In this document: one piece after another, positions 35,932 through 45,719 of the stretch
Position numbering within the stretch: position 1 is the stretch's first letter
How the letters are laid out: every line of letters starts with the position of its first letter
Source: Actinomycetota bacterium
GTDB lineage: Bacteria > Actinomycetota > Thermoleophilia > UBA2241
Reading direction: 5' to 3'
Assembly (NCBI GenBank): GCA_003132585.1
Contig: PKYG01000097.1
Location: forward strand, 1,790-65,789
Length of the DNA: 64,000 nucleotides
Program-made: the position numbers and the translations under genes
The notes under the pieces: generated by a model
Databases searched by the model: none
What the model was told of the DNA's origin: nothing
What the model saw: the letters and a program-made list of their open reading frames with translations, nothing else

Positions 35932-37152
35932 GAGCTCACCCCGAGCAGAGCGTCGTAGCGGGCGAGATCGACCGCCTCAAGCTCGGGCTCGCCGCCCTTG
36001 AGGCGTCGCTGGGCCTCCTGCGCAGCGGCCAGAGCTCTCATGTGCTCGTGGTCGCGCACCACGTCGGCCGGCACGTAGCTGTGCGCATGGCGGGCAATCT
36101 GGCGCGCTTCGCAGAACAGGGAGAGCTCAGAGAGGCCGAGGTGCACGCACACCCGCCGCCCGGCGTAGCCCGGCGGCAGCGAGTAGTCGACGCCGGCCAC
36201 GCGCGCGAAGCCGTCGCGGCTCACCCGCACCTCGAGGCGCCGGTCGGTGGCCGGCGCCGGGTCGGGCAGAGGGGCGAGCTCGGCGCGCTCGACGGCGAGC
36301 GCCTCCGCCACCCGCGCGCCGAGACGCCGGAGGTAGCGCGTCCAGGCGACCTCGCGCGTCCAGGCATCGCTCTGCGCCTGCAAGGTCGGCGAGGCCGGCA
36401 AAGCGGCGCAGCGGCAAGAACGAGCTCTCCAAGTAGCCGTTGGTGCGCTCCACCGATCCCTTGCTCTGCGGGCGCGCGGGGGGCAGCACGATGCAGCCCA
36501 TGGCGAGCGCGCCGAGCAGGCCGGCGAGCTCGTCGACGGGGCGCGGACGTGCATGGCCACGACGCACGACGAGGCTCGTGTCGTTGTCGACGACCAGCTT
36601 CGCCGGCACGCCGCCGAGGCGCGCGAGGCAGCCGAAGAGGGCGGGCACCGCGTCGGCCGTGGTCTGCGAGTGCGTGTAGACCACGGCGTGGGCGGCCGAG
36701 AAGGGCAGCGTGGCGACCAGGCCGTGGGCGCGACGGCGCGCGCCCTTGCCCACGGGCACGTCGATGCCGGTATCCCACCAGTCGGCCTGCAAAAGCTCGC
36801 CCGGCGCGTAGCTCGTGCGCCCGAAGTCACGGGCGGCCTTGAACTGCGGGCGCACCGCCGCCAGGTAGTCCTTCAAGATGGTGATGCCGCCAGCGTAGCC
36901 GGCGCGTTGCAGATGCTCGCGGATCACCGTCGCCGGCACGCTTGCATCTTCGCTGAGCATCTCGAGCACGGCACCCTTGAACGGGTCGAGCAGAGATGCG
37001 GCCGGTTCGCGCTCGTAGGCTGGGGGCTCTGCCAGGGCCAGCAGCCGGTAGACCGTCGTGCGGCTCATCTCCAGCCGCCTGGCGATCGCTCGCTTGGAGA
37101 GGCCTTCGCGATCGAGCCTGCGGGCCTCCGACCAATCATGCACCTGATACAC
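35928..37152 (-). pseudogene. istA: IS21-family transposase IstA, disrupted by a +1 frameshift near 36380.
   Basis: N-terminal frame (HTH plus DDE core ...SKGSVERTNGYLESSFLPLRRFAGLADL) switches to another frame for the C-terminal part (QAQSDAWTREVAWTRYLRR...). Junction sequence GCCGACCTTGCAGGCGCAG. Confidence 0.75.
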
Positions 37153-37275
37153 CCCTTCCTCCCTTGTGCGCCTTGAAGTTCACACAAGGGTTCGTCACCA
37201 GTCCTTCACTGCGGCGTGGACTGTCCAGTTTTCGACCGGCGAAGAGTGTTCAGTTTTGCAGCGGCGTCGACACAA

Positions 37276-37312
37276 GGGCCGTGCTCTCGTCTGATGGCCA
37301 GAGAAGAGTCAT
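37276..37312 (-). pseudogene. 5' end (MTLLWPSDESTA) of the IS-interrupted methyltransferase gene.
   Basis: ATG at 37312 reads in frame into the 34560..35071 segment if the 2204 bp between the IS inverted-repeat termini are removed. Confidence 0.45.
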
Positions 37313-37363
37313 CGCACTTGCAAGGGTGTTACGACAAGAAGCCGTGGGCGGGGTGAAACTGCC

Positions 37364-38767
37364 ATGACCGCTGGAGCAATCGGCCGCCTGCGGATGCCAG
37401 CGTATCTGGCTATGACGATTCTGATGGCCCTCATTGCCCTGCGTGTGGGTTGGGCGGTCTCCGGTCAGCACTACAAGGTCCTCGGTGGCCTGCTGCTCGT
37501 CCCCGCGTTGGCCGCTCTGGGGTTGCTGGGGCGGAGCGTGCGCTTCAAGCTTCTGCTTCTCGCGGCTGCGCTGACCCCTCTTCAGACGCCCTCTCTCCTT
37601 CCCTACGGCTTGTCGATGAGTGAGCTGCTCCTGCTCGGCCTAATCGCTGTGCAATGGACTCCCGCGGTGTCCCGCCGCCTCAGCAGAGGCCTGGGGGTGC
37701 TGGTCCCCCTGATGTTCTTTCTTACGCTGGGTCTGCTCGCCGGCTACCTGCACGGAGAGCTCGGTGCATCGCAAGTCGTGTGCGTCACCCCGTTACTCTG
37801 GTTTCTGGCCGCAGCTGTCTTCGTCAGGAGTCCGCGAGACGCGTTGAGAGTCCAGGTAGCGTGCATTTTGAGCGCGGCCCTCTATGTTGCCATCGTGCGT
37901 CTTGCCTCGGCCCTCGGTTATGGCGGGACGGTGTTCGCCGTCGCGGCTGGGTCCGCATCTCGACTGGGGGCAGCGGGTTGGGCACTTGACGTCGGGCCGG
38001 TGTCCGTGCGGTTCTGGTCCACATGGCTTGCCGCGCTCGTGGGTGTAGCAATGCCAGGCGCGGCGCTCTTTTTCGTGCGCGCCAAAGGCCATGCTTTGGC
38101 GAGGTACTCGTGGCTCGCGATCATGGCGCTCTTCGTATACGCAATCGTGCTGAGCGCAGGTCGAGGCGGCGCCCTGGGTGGAGCCATCGGCATCGCAGTC
38201 GCTCTTCTCACTTGTGGGCGGTTGTCACCGAGGCGCGTGCTCTTGGCATCAGCCGGGCTTGGGGTCTTTGGAATGGTTTTTCAGTCCATCCTTACGAAGG
38301 CGGCACTCAGCGTCTTGCCAGGCTCGAACCTGTCGCGTATCGGGACCCTCCTGAGATTCTCGACTGACCAGACGGGCAACTTCCAGTACCGCGTCAGAGT
38401 GTTGCAGGAGACTGTTGCCGGCGTGGCGGAGGCTCCTTTTGGCCGCGGTTTCAACTATTGGTACAGCCGTGGCGTGGATGATCCGATTGCGTATGCCATG
38501 CTCTTGAACGGCGTCGGAGTGCTGGGTGTTCTCGCCTTCGGTGCGCTCATCGCCGTGCTGGCAGCGACCTACATGCGACGAGTGGCACATGCGACTGGTG
38601 CTGCGCGGGATGCTATAGCGGTCGCCCTTGGCACGTTGGTGGCTGCCATGGTGGCCGGCGGCTCGAGCCACACTGTCTGGATCGCGCCAGTGCATACGTT
38701 CCTTTTCTGGGGTATCTTGATGAGCACCTACTGGGGCGTCGTCACCCAAGCGAGGCGCTCGGATTGA
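37364..38767 (+). CDS. O-antigen-ligase/polymerase-family (Wzy_C domain) polytopic membrane protein, copy 2.
   Basis: Collinear similarity to 31513 gene (VRSPRDALRVQVACILSAALYVAIV vs VRGPREALRVQAACAIGGLVYLLIV; VLSAGRGGALGGAIG vs LLTGARAGATGALVG). Confidence 0.6.
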   Translation: MTAGAIGRLRMPAYLAMTILMALIALRVGWAVSGQHYKVLGGLLLVPALAALGLLGRSVRFKLLLLAAALTPLQTPSLLPYGLSMSELLLLGLIAVQWTPAVSRRLSRGLGVLVPLMFFLTLGLLAGYLHGELGASQVVCVTPLLWFLAAAVFVRSPRDALRVQVACILSAALYVAIVRLASALGYGGTVFAVAAGSASRLGAAGWALDVGPVSVRFWSTWLAALVGVAMPGAALFFVRAKGHALARYSWLAIMALFVYAIVLSAGRGGALGGAIGIAVALLTCGRLSPRRVLLASAGLGVFGMVFQSILTKAALSVLPGSNLSRIGTLLRFSTDQTGNFQYRVRVLQETVAGVAEAPFGRGFNYWYSRGVDDPIAYAMLLNGVGVLGVLAFGALIAVLAATYMRRVAHATGAARDAIAVALGTLVAAMVAGGSSHTVWIAPVHTFLFWGILMSTYWGVVTQARRSD

Positions 38768-39804
38768 TTACCGTGGCCGTTCCAACCTATCGTCACCCAG
38801 ATTACGCGATGGATGCACTACGGAGCTTGGTCGACCAGCGGTTCGCCCCCGCCTTCGAGATTCTCGTGTTGGACAATGCATGCGACGAGCGGCTCGCACA
38901 GCGCGTGAGACGGATGGCCGAGCGAAGCAGCGCACGGGTCGAGTACGTCGGCGTGCCGGCGATTGGCCTGCACAGAGGTCGGCACGAGGCTGCCCGCAGA
39001 GCCCTTGGGGACGTTCTGGCGTACGTGGACGACGATGTCATTGCCGAGGAAGGCTGGCTCGCTGGCCTTGCTGAGGCTTTTGAGGATCCGAGCGTGCATC
39101 TGGTGGGCGGCCGAAATCTGCCGCTGTTCGAAGCGGAAGTGCCGTCATGGCTGGGAGCCTTCTGGTCCCCCGGCGCACAGCAGTGCGGGCTGCTGACACT
39201 GATCGACCTGGGCAGCGAATCGAAGGATGTGGATCCTCTGCTTGTATGGGGTGCGAACTTCGCGATCCGCAAGGCCACGCTGCATCAAGTCGGTGGTTTT
39301 CACCCTGATGGTTTCCCGTGGGAACTGTGCAGGTTCCGTGGCGATGGGGAGACGGCAGTCTCAAGAGAGATCGCGCGCCTACGGCTGCGAGCCGTGTATT
39401 GCCCACAGGCTACGATCCATCACCGGGTGTCGCCGGACCGGCTGACCGAAGCGTACTTCAAGCGACGTGAGTTCCTGCAGGGTGTGTCTGACTCGTATTT
39501 CGCAGCGCGCCTGAGCGGAGGCAAGCCGGCGGCAGTGCCTCGGACGTCGCGGATCCGCGCGTTGGCAAGCGGAGGCAAGGCTGCCATGCGAAGCTGCTTC
39601 CCGGTCAATGGAGTGCCGTCTCAGTGGCGCGCAGTCCGTGAGCGAGTCTGGAGGACACACTCGGAGGGCTATCGGTACCACCAGGAGGTGCTCCGGAGGG
39701 ACGAGAGCCTGCGGGCTTGGGTGACCTTGCCGGACTACTGGACGTCCGACGTGTCTCGATTCGACGGCAAGGCGCCCAGCCCGGGGGGGACACATGCGAG
39801 TTGA
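38764..39804 (+). CDS. GT2 (GT-A fold) glycosyltransferase, copy 2.
   Basis: VAVPTYRHPDYAMDALRSL...ILVLDNACDE...YVDDDV. TTG start overlapping upstream TGA. Confidence 0.75.
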   Translation: MITVAVPTYRHPDYAMDALRSLVDQRFAPAFEILVLDNACDERLAQRVRRMAERSSARVEYVGVPAIGLHRGRHEAARRALGDVLAYVDDDVIAEEGWLAGLAEAFEDPSVHLVGGRNLPLFEAEVPSWLGAFWSPGAQQCGLLTLIDLGSESKDVDPLLVWGANFAIRKATLHQVGGFHPDGFPWELCRFRGDGETAVSREIARLRLRAVYCPQATIHHRVSPDRLTEAYFKRREFLQGVSDSYFAARLSGGKPAAVPRTSRIRALASGGKAAMRSCFPVNGVPSQWRAVRERVWRTHSEGYRYHQEVLRRDESLRAWVTLPDYWTSDVSRFDGKAPSPGGTHAS

Positions 39805-39969
39805 GCTGGATGGCGTCGCGCTGGGCTTGGCCTGCCTGATGCGATGTAGCCACCCCATGAGAGGCCTCGCTGCAGCACCTGTGTCGGGGGTCTACTCCGG
39901 CGGCAGGTATCCTTGGGTCTACCCAGTCGCTGCGACGGCCGGCAACCGACGATCACCGCGAGGTCTCTG

Positions 39970-41190
39970 ATGGATCGAGTCGGCGTGATATATCCGTACG
40001 CGTGGCCCCTCCCGAATCTCGTCGACGTTGGGGCTTTGCTTCGCGACCGCGGGTACGTCGTCGATCTTCTTGCTGCGCGAGAGGCGGTCGGCAGTTCCTC
40101 CGAATGGAGCGGTCAGCTTTCGTGCGATCTTGTCGGCCATCCGGGCGTCATGACTGGACGTTTCGTGCATGCGCCAGGCTGGATGCGGGGTAGAGCGCAG
40201 AGGCCGTATCGGCGTGCCGCATTCCTCGTCGGTCGCGCGTCGCTTGTCCACAGGATGCGACATCGCCACGAGTCTGACCGCTACGTGGCGCTGGTCGGGT
40301 GCGATGCAGAGGGCGTCCTTGAGGCGGCGCGACTGGCCAAAACGCTGCCCGTCCCGTATCTCTATTGGTCGCTAGAGATAGCTACATTCCACGCGGACAT
40401 GACACCGGCGGAGCGTGCGTTGAAGGATCTAGAAACGGTAGTCAGTCGAAACGCGGCGGCCGTCATCGTTCAAGATCAATGGCGGGCCCGGTTGCTCGCG
40501 ACGGAGAACGGACTCGAGGGAGTCAGGACTGTCTACTTGCCCAACTCACGACGGCAAGTGACACGCCTGCCTCGAGAGACCTCGACGCTACGAGCGCGCC
40601 TAGGCATTCCGCAGGATGTGCATCTGGTTATCTACACGGGCTTTCTGGCTGACTGGGCAGAGTGTCGGGGCATTGCCCAGAGCGCCGCTCATTGGCCCAA
40701 CGGAACAGCACTCCTGTTGAATTCCCGAGCCGCCGCTGACAGGTCGCTTGCCGACACGTTCAGGAGCCTGGCACCACCGGGGCGCGTGTATGTCAATCTC
40801 GACCCGGTACCCGACTCGGAGTACGGGGCTCTGCTGCGCTGTGCGTCCGCCGGCGTCGCCCTGTACTCCCCAAAGGAGTCGCCGGCAGGCTTCAGAGAGA
40901 ACCTGGAGGTCGTTGGCTTTTCCTCGGGCAAGATCGCCGCCTACCTGCAGTTCGGATTGCCCGTGATCGTCGGCATGAACACAGGTCCGCGGGAATTGGT
41001 TGAGGAGTTCGACTGTGGAGTCTGCGTGGAGGATCCGCACGGGATAGGGGCCGCCCTCCGCCGAATACTCGCGGACCGTCCGGCATTCTCCGAGCGAGCG
41101 CGTACCTGCTTCGCCCAGAGGCTCGCACTCGAGCCTGGCGTGAGCGCTCTTGCGGATTGCCTGGACTCCTTGCGTGATCAGAGATGCTGA
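39970..41190 (+). CDS. GT1/GT-B-like glycosyltransferase.
   Basis: 406 aa, ATG 39970. Two-Rossmann-like organisation with C-terminal ...GLPVIVGMNTGPRELVEEFDCGVCVED (GT-B nucleotide-binding-like). Confidence 0.55.
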   Translation: MDRVGVIYPYAWPLPNLVDVGALLRDRGYVVDLLAAREAVGSSSEWSGQLSCDLVGHPGVMTGRFVHAPGWMRGRAQRPYRRAAFLVGRASLVHRMRHRHESDRYVALVGCDAEGVLEAARLAKTLPVPYLYWSLEIATFHADMTPAERALKDLETVVSRNAAAVIVQDQWRARLLATENGLEGVRTVYLPNSRRQVTRLPRETSTLRARLGIPQDVHLVIYTGFLADWAECRGIAQSAAHWPNGTALLLNSRAAADRSLADTFRSLAPPGRVYVNLDPVPDSEYGALLRCASAGVALYSPKESPAGFRENLEVVGFSSGKIAAYLQFGLPVIVGMNTGPRELVEEFDCGVCVEDPHGIGAALRRILADRPAFSERARTCFAQRLALEPGVSALADCLDSLRDQRC

Positions 41191-41404
41191 CCTCGCTGTC
41201 ACTGGGACCGGCGCGTTCGACCGGGGCATTGCCGGCACGGGGAAACGACCGCGACGATCGGCGCGCCATCCTGTGGAGGGGGTTGCTCGACTGGTCACGG
41301 CCGCTTTCGGGCAGCGGCTGGGCATGGGGAGCGCCCCTCAGCCGCACGCAGCACACGATCTCGGACTTTGTTGAGTCCGAAGCTGCGGATGCGCAGCGAC
41401 AGCC

Positions 41405-42016
41405 ATGAGCGCTCGCATCATTCGATGCCTCTGGCTCGTGTGGGATCAGATTCGAGCCCAGCGGAATGCTCAGGTCGTGGACGCGATACGCTCAAGCCTT
41501 GCTTCCTGCGGCCCCGAGACCCTGATCCATCCGTCTGTTGTCGTCGTGGCTCCCGAGAACGTCCGCATCGGTGAACATGTGCTGGTCGGCCCCGGAGGGT
41601 GGATCTCGGCGGTCAATACGTCCATTAACAACATAGGTGGGCACGTGATGATGGCGCCACAGGTCGCTCTGGTGGCAGGAAACCACAACACCTCGGTCGT
41701 CGGGCGCTTCATGGACGAAGTGGACGAGAAGCGTCCTGAGGATGACCAGCCCATCGTCATCGAGGATGATGTGTGGCTCGGCATGCGCGCGATCGTGCTC
41801 AAGGGGGTGACAATCGGCCGAGGCTCTGTTGTCTCAGCCGGATCCGTCGTGACCCACGACGTTGCCCCGTACTCCGTGGTCGCCGGGGTTCCCGCGCGCT
41901 TGGTGCGCGTGCGCTTTGACCGGGAGCAGGTCGAAAGCCACGAGCGAGTATTGTATAGCCAAGTGATCACGATGACGACGAATCCCGATAGGCCGCCAGT
42001 TGGTGATACTCCGTGA
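41405..42016 (+). CDS. Hexapeptide-repeat (left-handed beta-helix) acyl/acetyltransferase (sugar O-acetyltransferase candidate).
   Basis: Repeated [LIV]-G-x-x-x-x hexads: IGEHVLVGPGGWISAV, VWLGMRAIVLKGVTIGRGSVVSAGSVV. Confidence 0.75.
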   Translation: MSARIIRCLWLVWDQIRAQRNAQVVDAIRSSLASCGPETLIHPSVVVVAPENVRIGEHVLVGPGGWISAVNTSINNIGGHVMMAPQVALVAGNHNTSVVGRFMDEVDEKRPEDDQPIVIEDDVWLGMRAIVLKGVTIGRGSVVSAGSVVTHDVAPYSVVAGVPARLVRVRFDREQVESHERVLYSQVITMTTNPDRPPVGDTP

Positions 42017-43302
42017 AGGTCCTTCACCTCACCTGCAACGATGCTCGGACTGGCGGTGCCAACGCACTGCACAGGCTCCACGTATCATTGTTGGCCGCGG
42101 GCGTTGACTCACGTGTCATTCTGGGGGCCGACGAGGACAAGAGCCCGAGCGAACGACACATTCCGCGCTCGTTTGCCTGGAGGATCGCCGACAAGCCGTT
42201 CCGGATCATAGCTGAGCATACCGGTCTACACGGTGTTGTTCGGCCCTCGTTCCGACTGTGGTGTAGAGCCATTGACGCTTTCAACCCGGATGTCGTCCAC
42301 ATCCACTGGACGTACTCGGGTGGCACGCCTCCGCTGGTCAGCCTGCGAAGTCTTGCCGCTGCGTATCCGATCGTATGGACCTTCCACGACATGTGGGCCT
42401 TCACGGGTGGCTGCACAATCTCCAAAGGCTGCGAGCGTTGGCTATCAGGATGTGGCTCGTGTCCTCTGCTAGCAACAGGCGAAGGATCCAGCGCGATGAT
42501 GCCGATGCCGTGGGACCTGACCGCCGTCCAGTGGAAGATCAAGAGGTGGGCCTTTCGAGGGATTCCGGTGACGGTCGTCGCACCATCGCCGTGGATGGCC
42601 GACCTTGTGCTCCGCAGTCCCATCATGAGCGGGGCCATGGTGGAGTGTGTGCCCAACCCGCTCGATACTGCCGTGTTTGCGCCGCGCGACAGAAGAGCGG
42701 TGCGCGTGCGCCTCGGCCTGCCATTGTCGGCCAAGGTGGTTTTCTACATCGGGAAGCCAGAGCCTGGCAGTGTGTTCTCGTATGAGGGTAGGGTGCCGCT
42801 CTTGCTTGAGACCCTGAGGCTTGTGCGAGTTGACGATCCCGACCTGGCGCGCAACATGCAGCTGCTCATTGTGGGAGGGATGGGGGAGGAACTCATCCGC
42901 TCATCGGGCTATCAAGGGGTGGCAATTGGTTCACTGAACGATGAATCAGAGATGGCCGATTGCTTGTCGGCAGCCGACGTGATGATCAACACCACCCAAT
43001 ATGACAATCTGCCGGGTGTCGTCCAAGAGGCGATGAGTTCCGGGCTAGCCGTCGTGGCCTCCAGGGTCGGAGGCCTGCCGAACATGATCGACAATGGGGT
43101 CTCGGGCATCTTGGTCGACCATACCTCCCCTCGGGCTTTCGCGGACGCGGTCCAGATGGTATTGACGGATACTGATCTCCGCAACCGGCTGGGGTCGCAA
43201 GCCCGCGTGGTGGCCATAGAACGCTATGATTTCGGTCGCGTCGCGGCTGACATGATCTCGGCCTATGAGCGGTCCCGCGAAACACGCGCAGACATTGCCT
43301 AG
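42013..43302 (+). CDS. GT4 (GT-B, 'glycosyl transferases group 1') glycosyltransferase.
   Basis: MKVLHLTCNDARTGGANALHRL ... C-terminal EGLPNMIDNGVSGILV (E-x7-E-like motif). GTG 42013 in GTGA overlap. Confidence 0.8.
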   Translation: MKVLHLTCNDARTGGANALHRLHVSLLAAGVDSRVILGADEDKSPSERHIPRSFAWRIADKPFRIIAEHTGLHGVVRPSFRLWCRAIDAFNPDVVHIHWTYSGGTPPLVSLRSLAAAYPIVWTFHDMWAFTGGCTISKGCERWLSGCGSCPLLATGEGSSAMMPMPWDLTAVQWKIKRWAFRGIPVTVVAPSPWMADLVLRSPIMSGAMVECVPNPLDTAVFAPRDRRAVRVRLGLPLSAKVVFYIGKPEPGSVFSYEGRVPLLLETLRLVRVDDPDLARNMQLLIVGGMGEELIRSSGYQGVAIGSLNDESEMADCLSAADVMINTTQYDNLPGVVQEAMSSGLAVVASRVGGLPNMIDNGVSGILVDHTSPRAFADAVQMVLTDTDLRNRLGSQARVVAIERYDFGRVAADMISAYERSRETRADIA

Positions 43303-43632
43303 TGGCCTGTCGGTCTCGACCGCATCGCATGCCATCATCGCCATGGGCGACTTCGGTTCAGTGATGCCTGACGACGGGCCGGTGGGAATGTGTTGGAGTA
43401 TCTTCTCAGGGTGCCTCCTGGGGCTCCAGTCGACGTGAGCTGCCGGTGGCCGGCGATTCGAGGGGGCGAGGAGTTGTGAGTGGTGAGCGCGGCGAAGACC
43501 TGCTGATGGGGGGACATGGCCGCCAGGCTTTGACATACTCAAGCTCAAGCGCTGGCGTCGCTGGGGCTGGCGAGGCAGGAGTCGTTCCCGGAGCAGCACG
43601 CTCCGCACGGCATCGGCCGACACACGCAAGGG

Positions 43633-44412
43633 ATGTGCACCAAGGTGCTTAGTCAGAAAGGTGTCGGTCTGCGCAAACGCATCAAGGAGATGCTGGCGCG
43701 CAAGAACGTCAGGGACGACTTCGACTGGAACAGATACTCAACCGAGTATCAAGAGCAGCTGGAGGAAATCGCGCGGGTTCATACTGAGGTTCTCACGGCC
43801 GGCGACTACGTCTTCCAGAACGACCGGCTTCAGTTGAGACGGGACATACTGCCGCTGCATCCAAACCATCAGCTGCTGTACGAGACCGTGCTCCAGATGA
43901 ACCCGTCTTCAGCTATGGAGATTGGCTGCGGAAGCGGTGACCATCTCCACAACCTCGGCCTCCTTGACCCCAGCATCGACCTGTATGGGGTAGACAGGTC
44001 AGCTGAGCAGATCAGACTCCTCCACAAGCGGCACCCCGGCATTGCAGCCAACGTCGTAAGGATGGACGCCACCGTAGTGCAGGGCGCCAGAACCGTGTGT
44101 GACCTCGCCTTCACGCAGGCCGTGATCATGCACATTCAGACCAAGACGCATCACCTGGTTGCCTTGGAGAACCTCTTCAGGTGTGCACGCAGACATGTTG
44201 TTCTGATGGAGAATTGGACGCGACATGCGTTCATGGACGACATCAGGGGACTCTTCGAAGGTGGACGAATACCGTGGAGCGACCTGCACTTCCATTACCG
44301 CGCGTCCGAGACGGATGCCGCGACACGCATCATGGTTCTGTCGGCTATGGACCTCGCTGACTATCCCACACTCACAGACTACGATACGCTCCTTGCACAC
44401 TCCGAGGGTTAG
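43633..44412 (+). CDS. Class I SAM-dependent methyltransferase.
   Basis: Motif I MEIGCGSGDHLHNL, motif II LYGVDRS, post-I/III AFTQAVIMH. Alt start ATG 43690. Confidence 0.65.
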   Translation: MCTKVLSQKGVGLRKRIKEMLARKNVRDDFDWNRYSTEYQEQLEEIARVHTEVLTAGDYVFQNDRLQLRRDILPLHPNHQLLYETVLQMNPSSAMEIGCGSGDHLHNLGLLDPSIDLYGVDRSAEQIRLLHKRHPGIAANVVRMDATVVQGARTVCDLAFTQAVIMHIQTKTHHLVALENLFRCARRHVVLMENWTRHAFMDDIRGLFEGGRIPWSDLHFHYRASETDAATRIMVLSAMDLADYPTLTDYDTLLAHSEG

Positions 44413-44631
44413 TCGGGATGGAGGCGACATGAGCGGTAGGCTTCGACGTGCTTTGGCCCAGGTTCACTGGCGGCTAGTGGAGGTTGGGGACTTACACGGT
44501 ACGTCGGCTGGCCTTTCGCTCCCTTCACTACCCTCCAACTGGAGTCCAGCCAAGAACCTGGCTGGTGGCTTGGCTGCCCACGGGCGGTGGTTTGCCGAGT
44601 TCCACGGTCCGCATGGGATGGTACAGCACTG

Positions 44632-45465
44632 ATGGAAGCAGTGCCCGGAGGTGTGCGCCGCACCGCAGTACTCAAGCGCTTCTGCAGCGCGAGTCCAGGG
44701 CTGCGCCATGTAGCCGCTGTTGCCGAATTGCAGGGCCTCAATGTTGTGCAGATGACCAAGAGCCTGGTGGGAGTGCCCCGGTTCCTACGGGATTTGGCTG
44801 CCTACTGTCGTGAGGCGAGAGCGGATGACTCGTTTAGGCCGTCCCTCAGAGAGTTGCTGCCCGTCATGTTTGAGTGGGGCAGTCAAGCCGGTATTGCCAA
44901 GGGCCACTACTTCCATCAAGATCTCTGGGCAGCCCGGATGATTTGGCACGCGATGCCGCGTTCCCACGTCGATGTCGGGTCGCGCATCGACGGCTTCGTC
45001 GCCCACCTCCTCGTGTTCACTCAAGTGACAGTTGTGGACGTTCGACCGGTTTCAAGCTCTGTCGAGGGTTTGACGTACGTAGCCGATGATGCGCGGTACC
45101 TCGCGTCTTTCCCAAGTGGGAGCGTGGAATCGTTGTCTAGCCTCCACGCTGTAGAGCACTTCGGTTTGGGCCGCTACGGCGACTCCATCGATCCCGCGGC
45201 GTGGCGCAGTGCATTGCGGGCATATGAGCGGGTGCTGTCGCCCGGCGGACGCCTTTATCTCGGCGTTCCAGTCGGACGTCAGCGGCTGCTCTTCAATGCC
45301 CATAGGGTATTCCGACCACAGACTATCCTCGAGGAGTTGTCTGCCCTTCGGTTGGTTTCGTTCGCTGCCGTAGATGACAATGGCGACCTGAAGCTGGACG
45401 CATCCCCCCGCGATTACGAGAACGCCGACTATGCCTGTGGGCTCTTCGAGTTCGCGAAGGTATGA
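44632..45465 (+). CDS. DUF268-like (methyltransferase-fold) protein, paralog 2.
   Basis: YFHQDLWAARMIW...HVDVGSR...VTVVDVRP...HAVEHFGLGRYGDSIDP...VLSPGGRLYLGVPVG. Alt start 44587. Confidence 0.55.
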   Translation: MEAVPGGVRRTAVLKRFCSASPGLRHVAAVAELQGLNVVQMTKSLVGVPRFLRDLAAYCREARADDSFRPSLRELLPVMFEWGSQAGIAKGHYFHQDLWAARMIWHAMPRSHVDVGSRIDGFVAHLLVFTQVTVVDVRPVSSSVEGLTYVADDARYLASFPSGSVESLSSLHAVEHFGLGRYGDSIDPAAWRSALRAYERVLSPGGRLYLGVPVGRQRLLFNAHRVFRPQTILEELSALRLVSFAAVDDNGDLKLDASPRDYENADYACGLFEFAKV

Positions 45466-45719
45466 GATGTCGGCGCGGTGGTGAGCGACGTGATGATGTG
45501 TTCGGGAGGCGGGGATGCTGGGGTGGCGCAGGAAGTGGTGATCCGGCCACAGAAGGCCTGGGCTGCAATCGAGTTGGCTGATTCGCGGCGCAACAGGTGA
45601 CTTCTCTCTGTTCTCACGTTGCGAGGCATCCCCATGCGCAGGTGGTCGGCTGCGACGACTCTGAAGCTTGGACTGGAGAAGACCTACCGTTGGATCGAGA
45701 ATCGAGTGCGTGACGAGTC

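Larger units (their letters stand above)
35072..37275 (-). mobile_element. IS21-family insertion sequence (~2.2 kb) carrying istA (frameshifted) and istB.
   Basis: Terminal inverted repeats TTGTGTCACTGCC (35071-83) and TTGTGTCAACGCC (35104-16) vs rc TTGTGTCGACGCC (37263-75), with repeated CTGAACA-type subterminal motifs. IstA+IstB gene pair. No clear target-site duplication found. Confidence 0.75.

Noticed and set aside
43303-43632. 330-bp intergenic region containing TTGACA (~43527) considered as a promoter.
   Set aside because: No acceptable -10 hexamer at appropriate spacing, and the organism's promoter consensus is unknown. Left unannotated.
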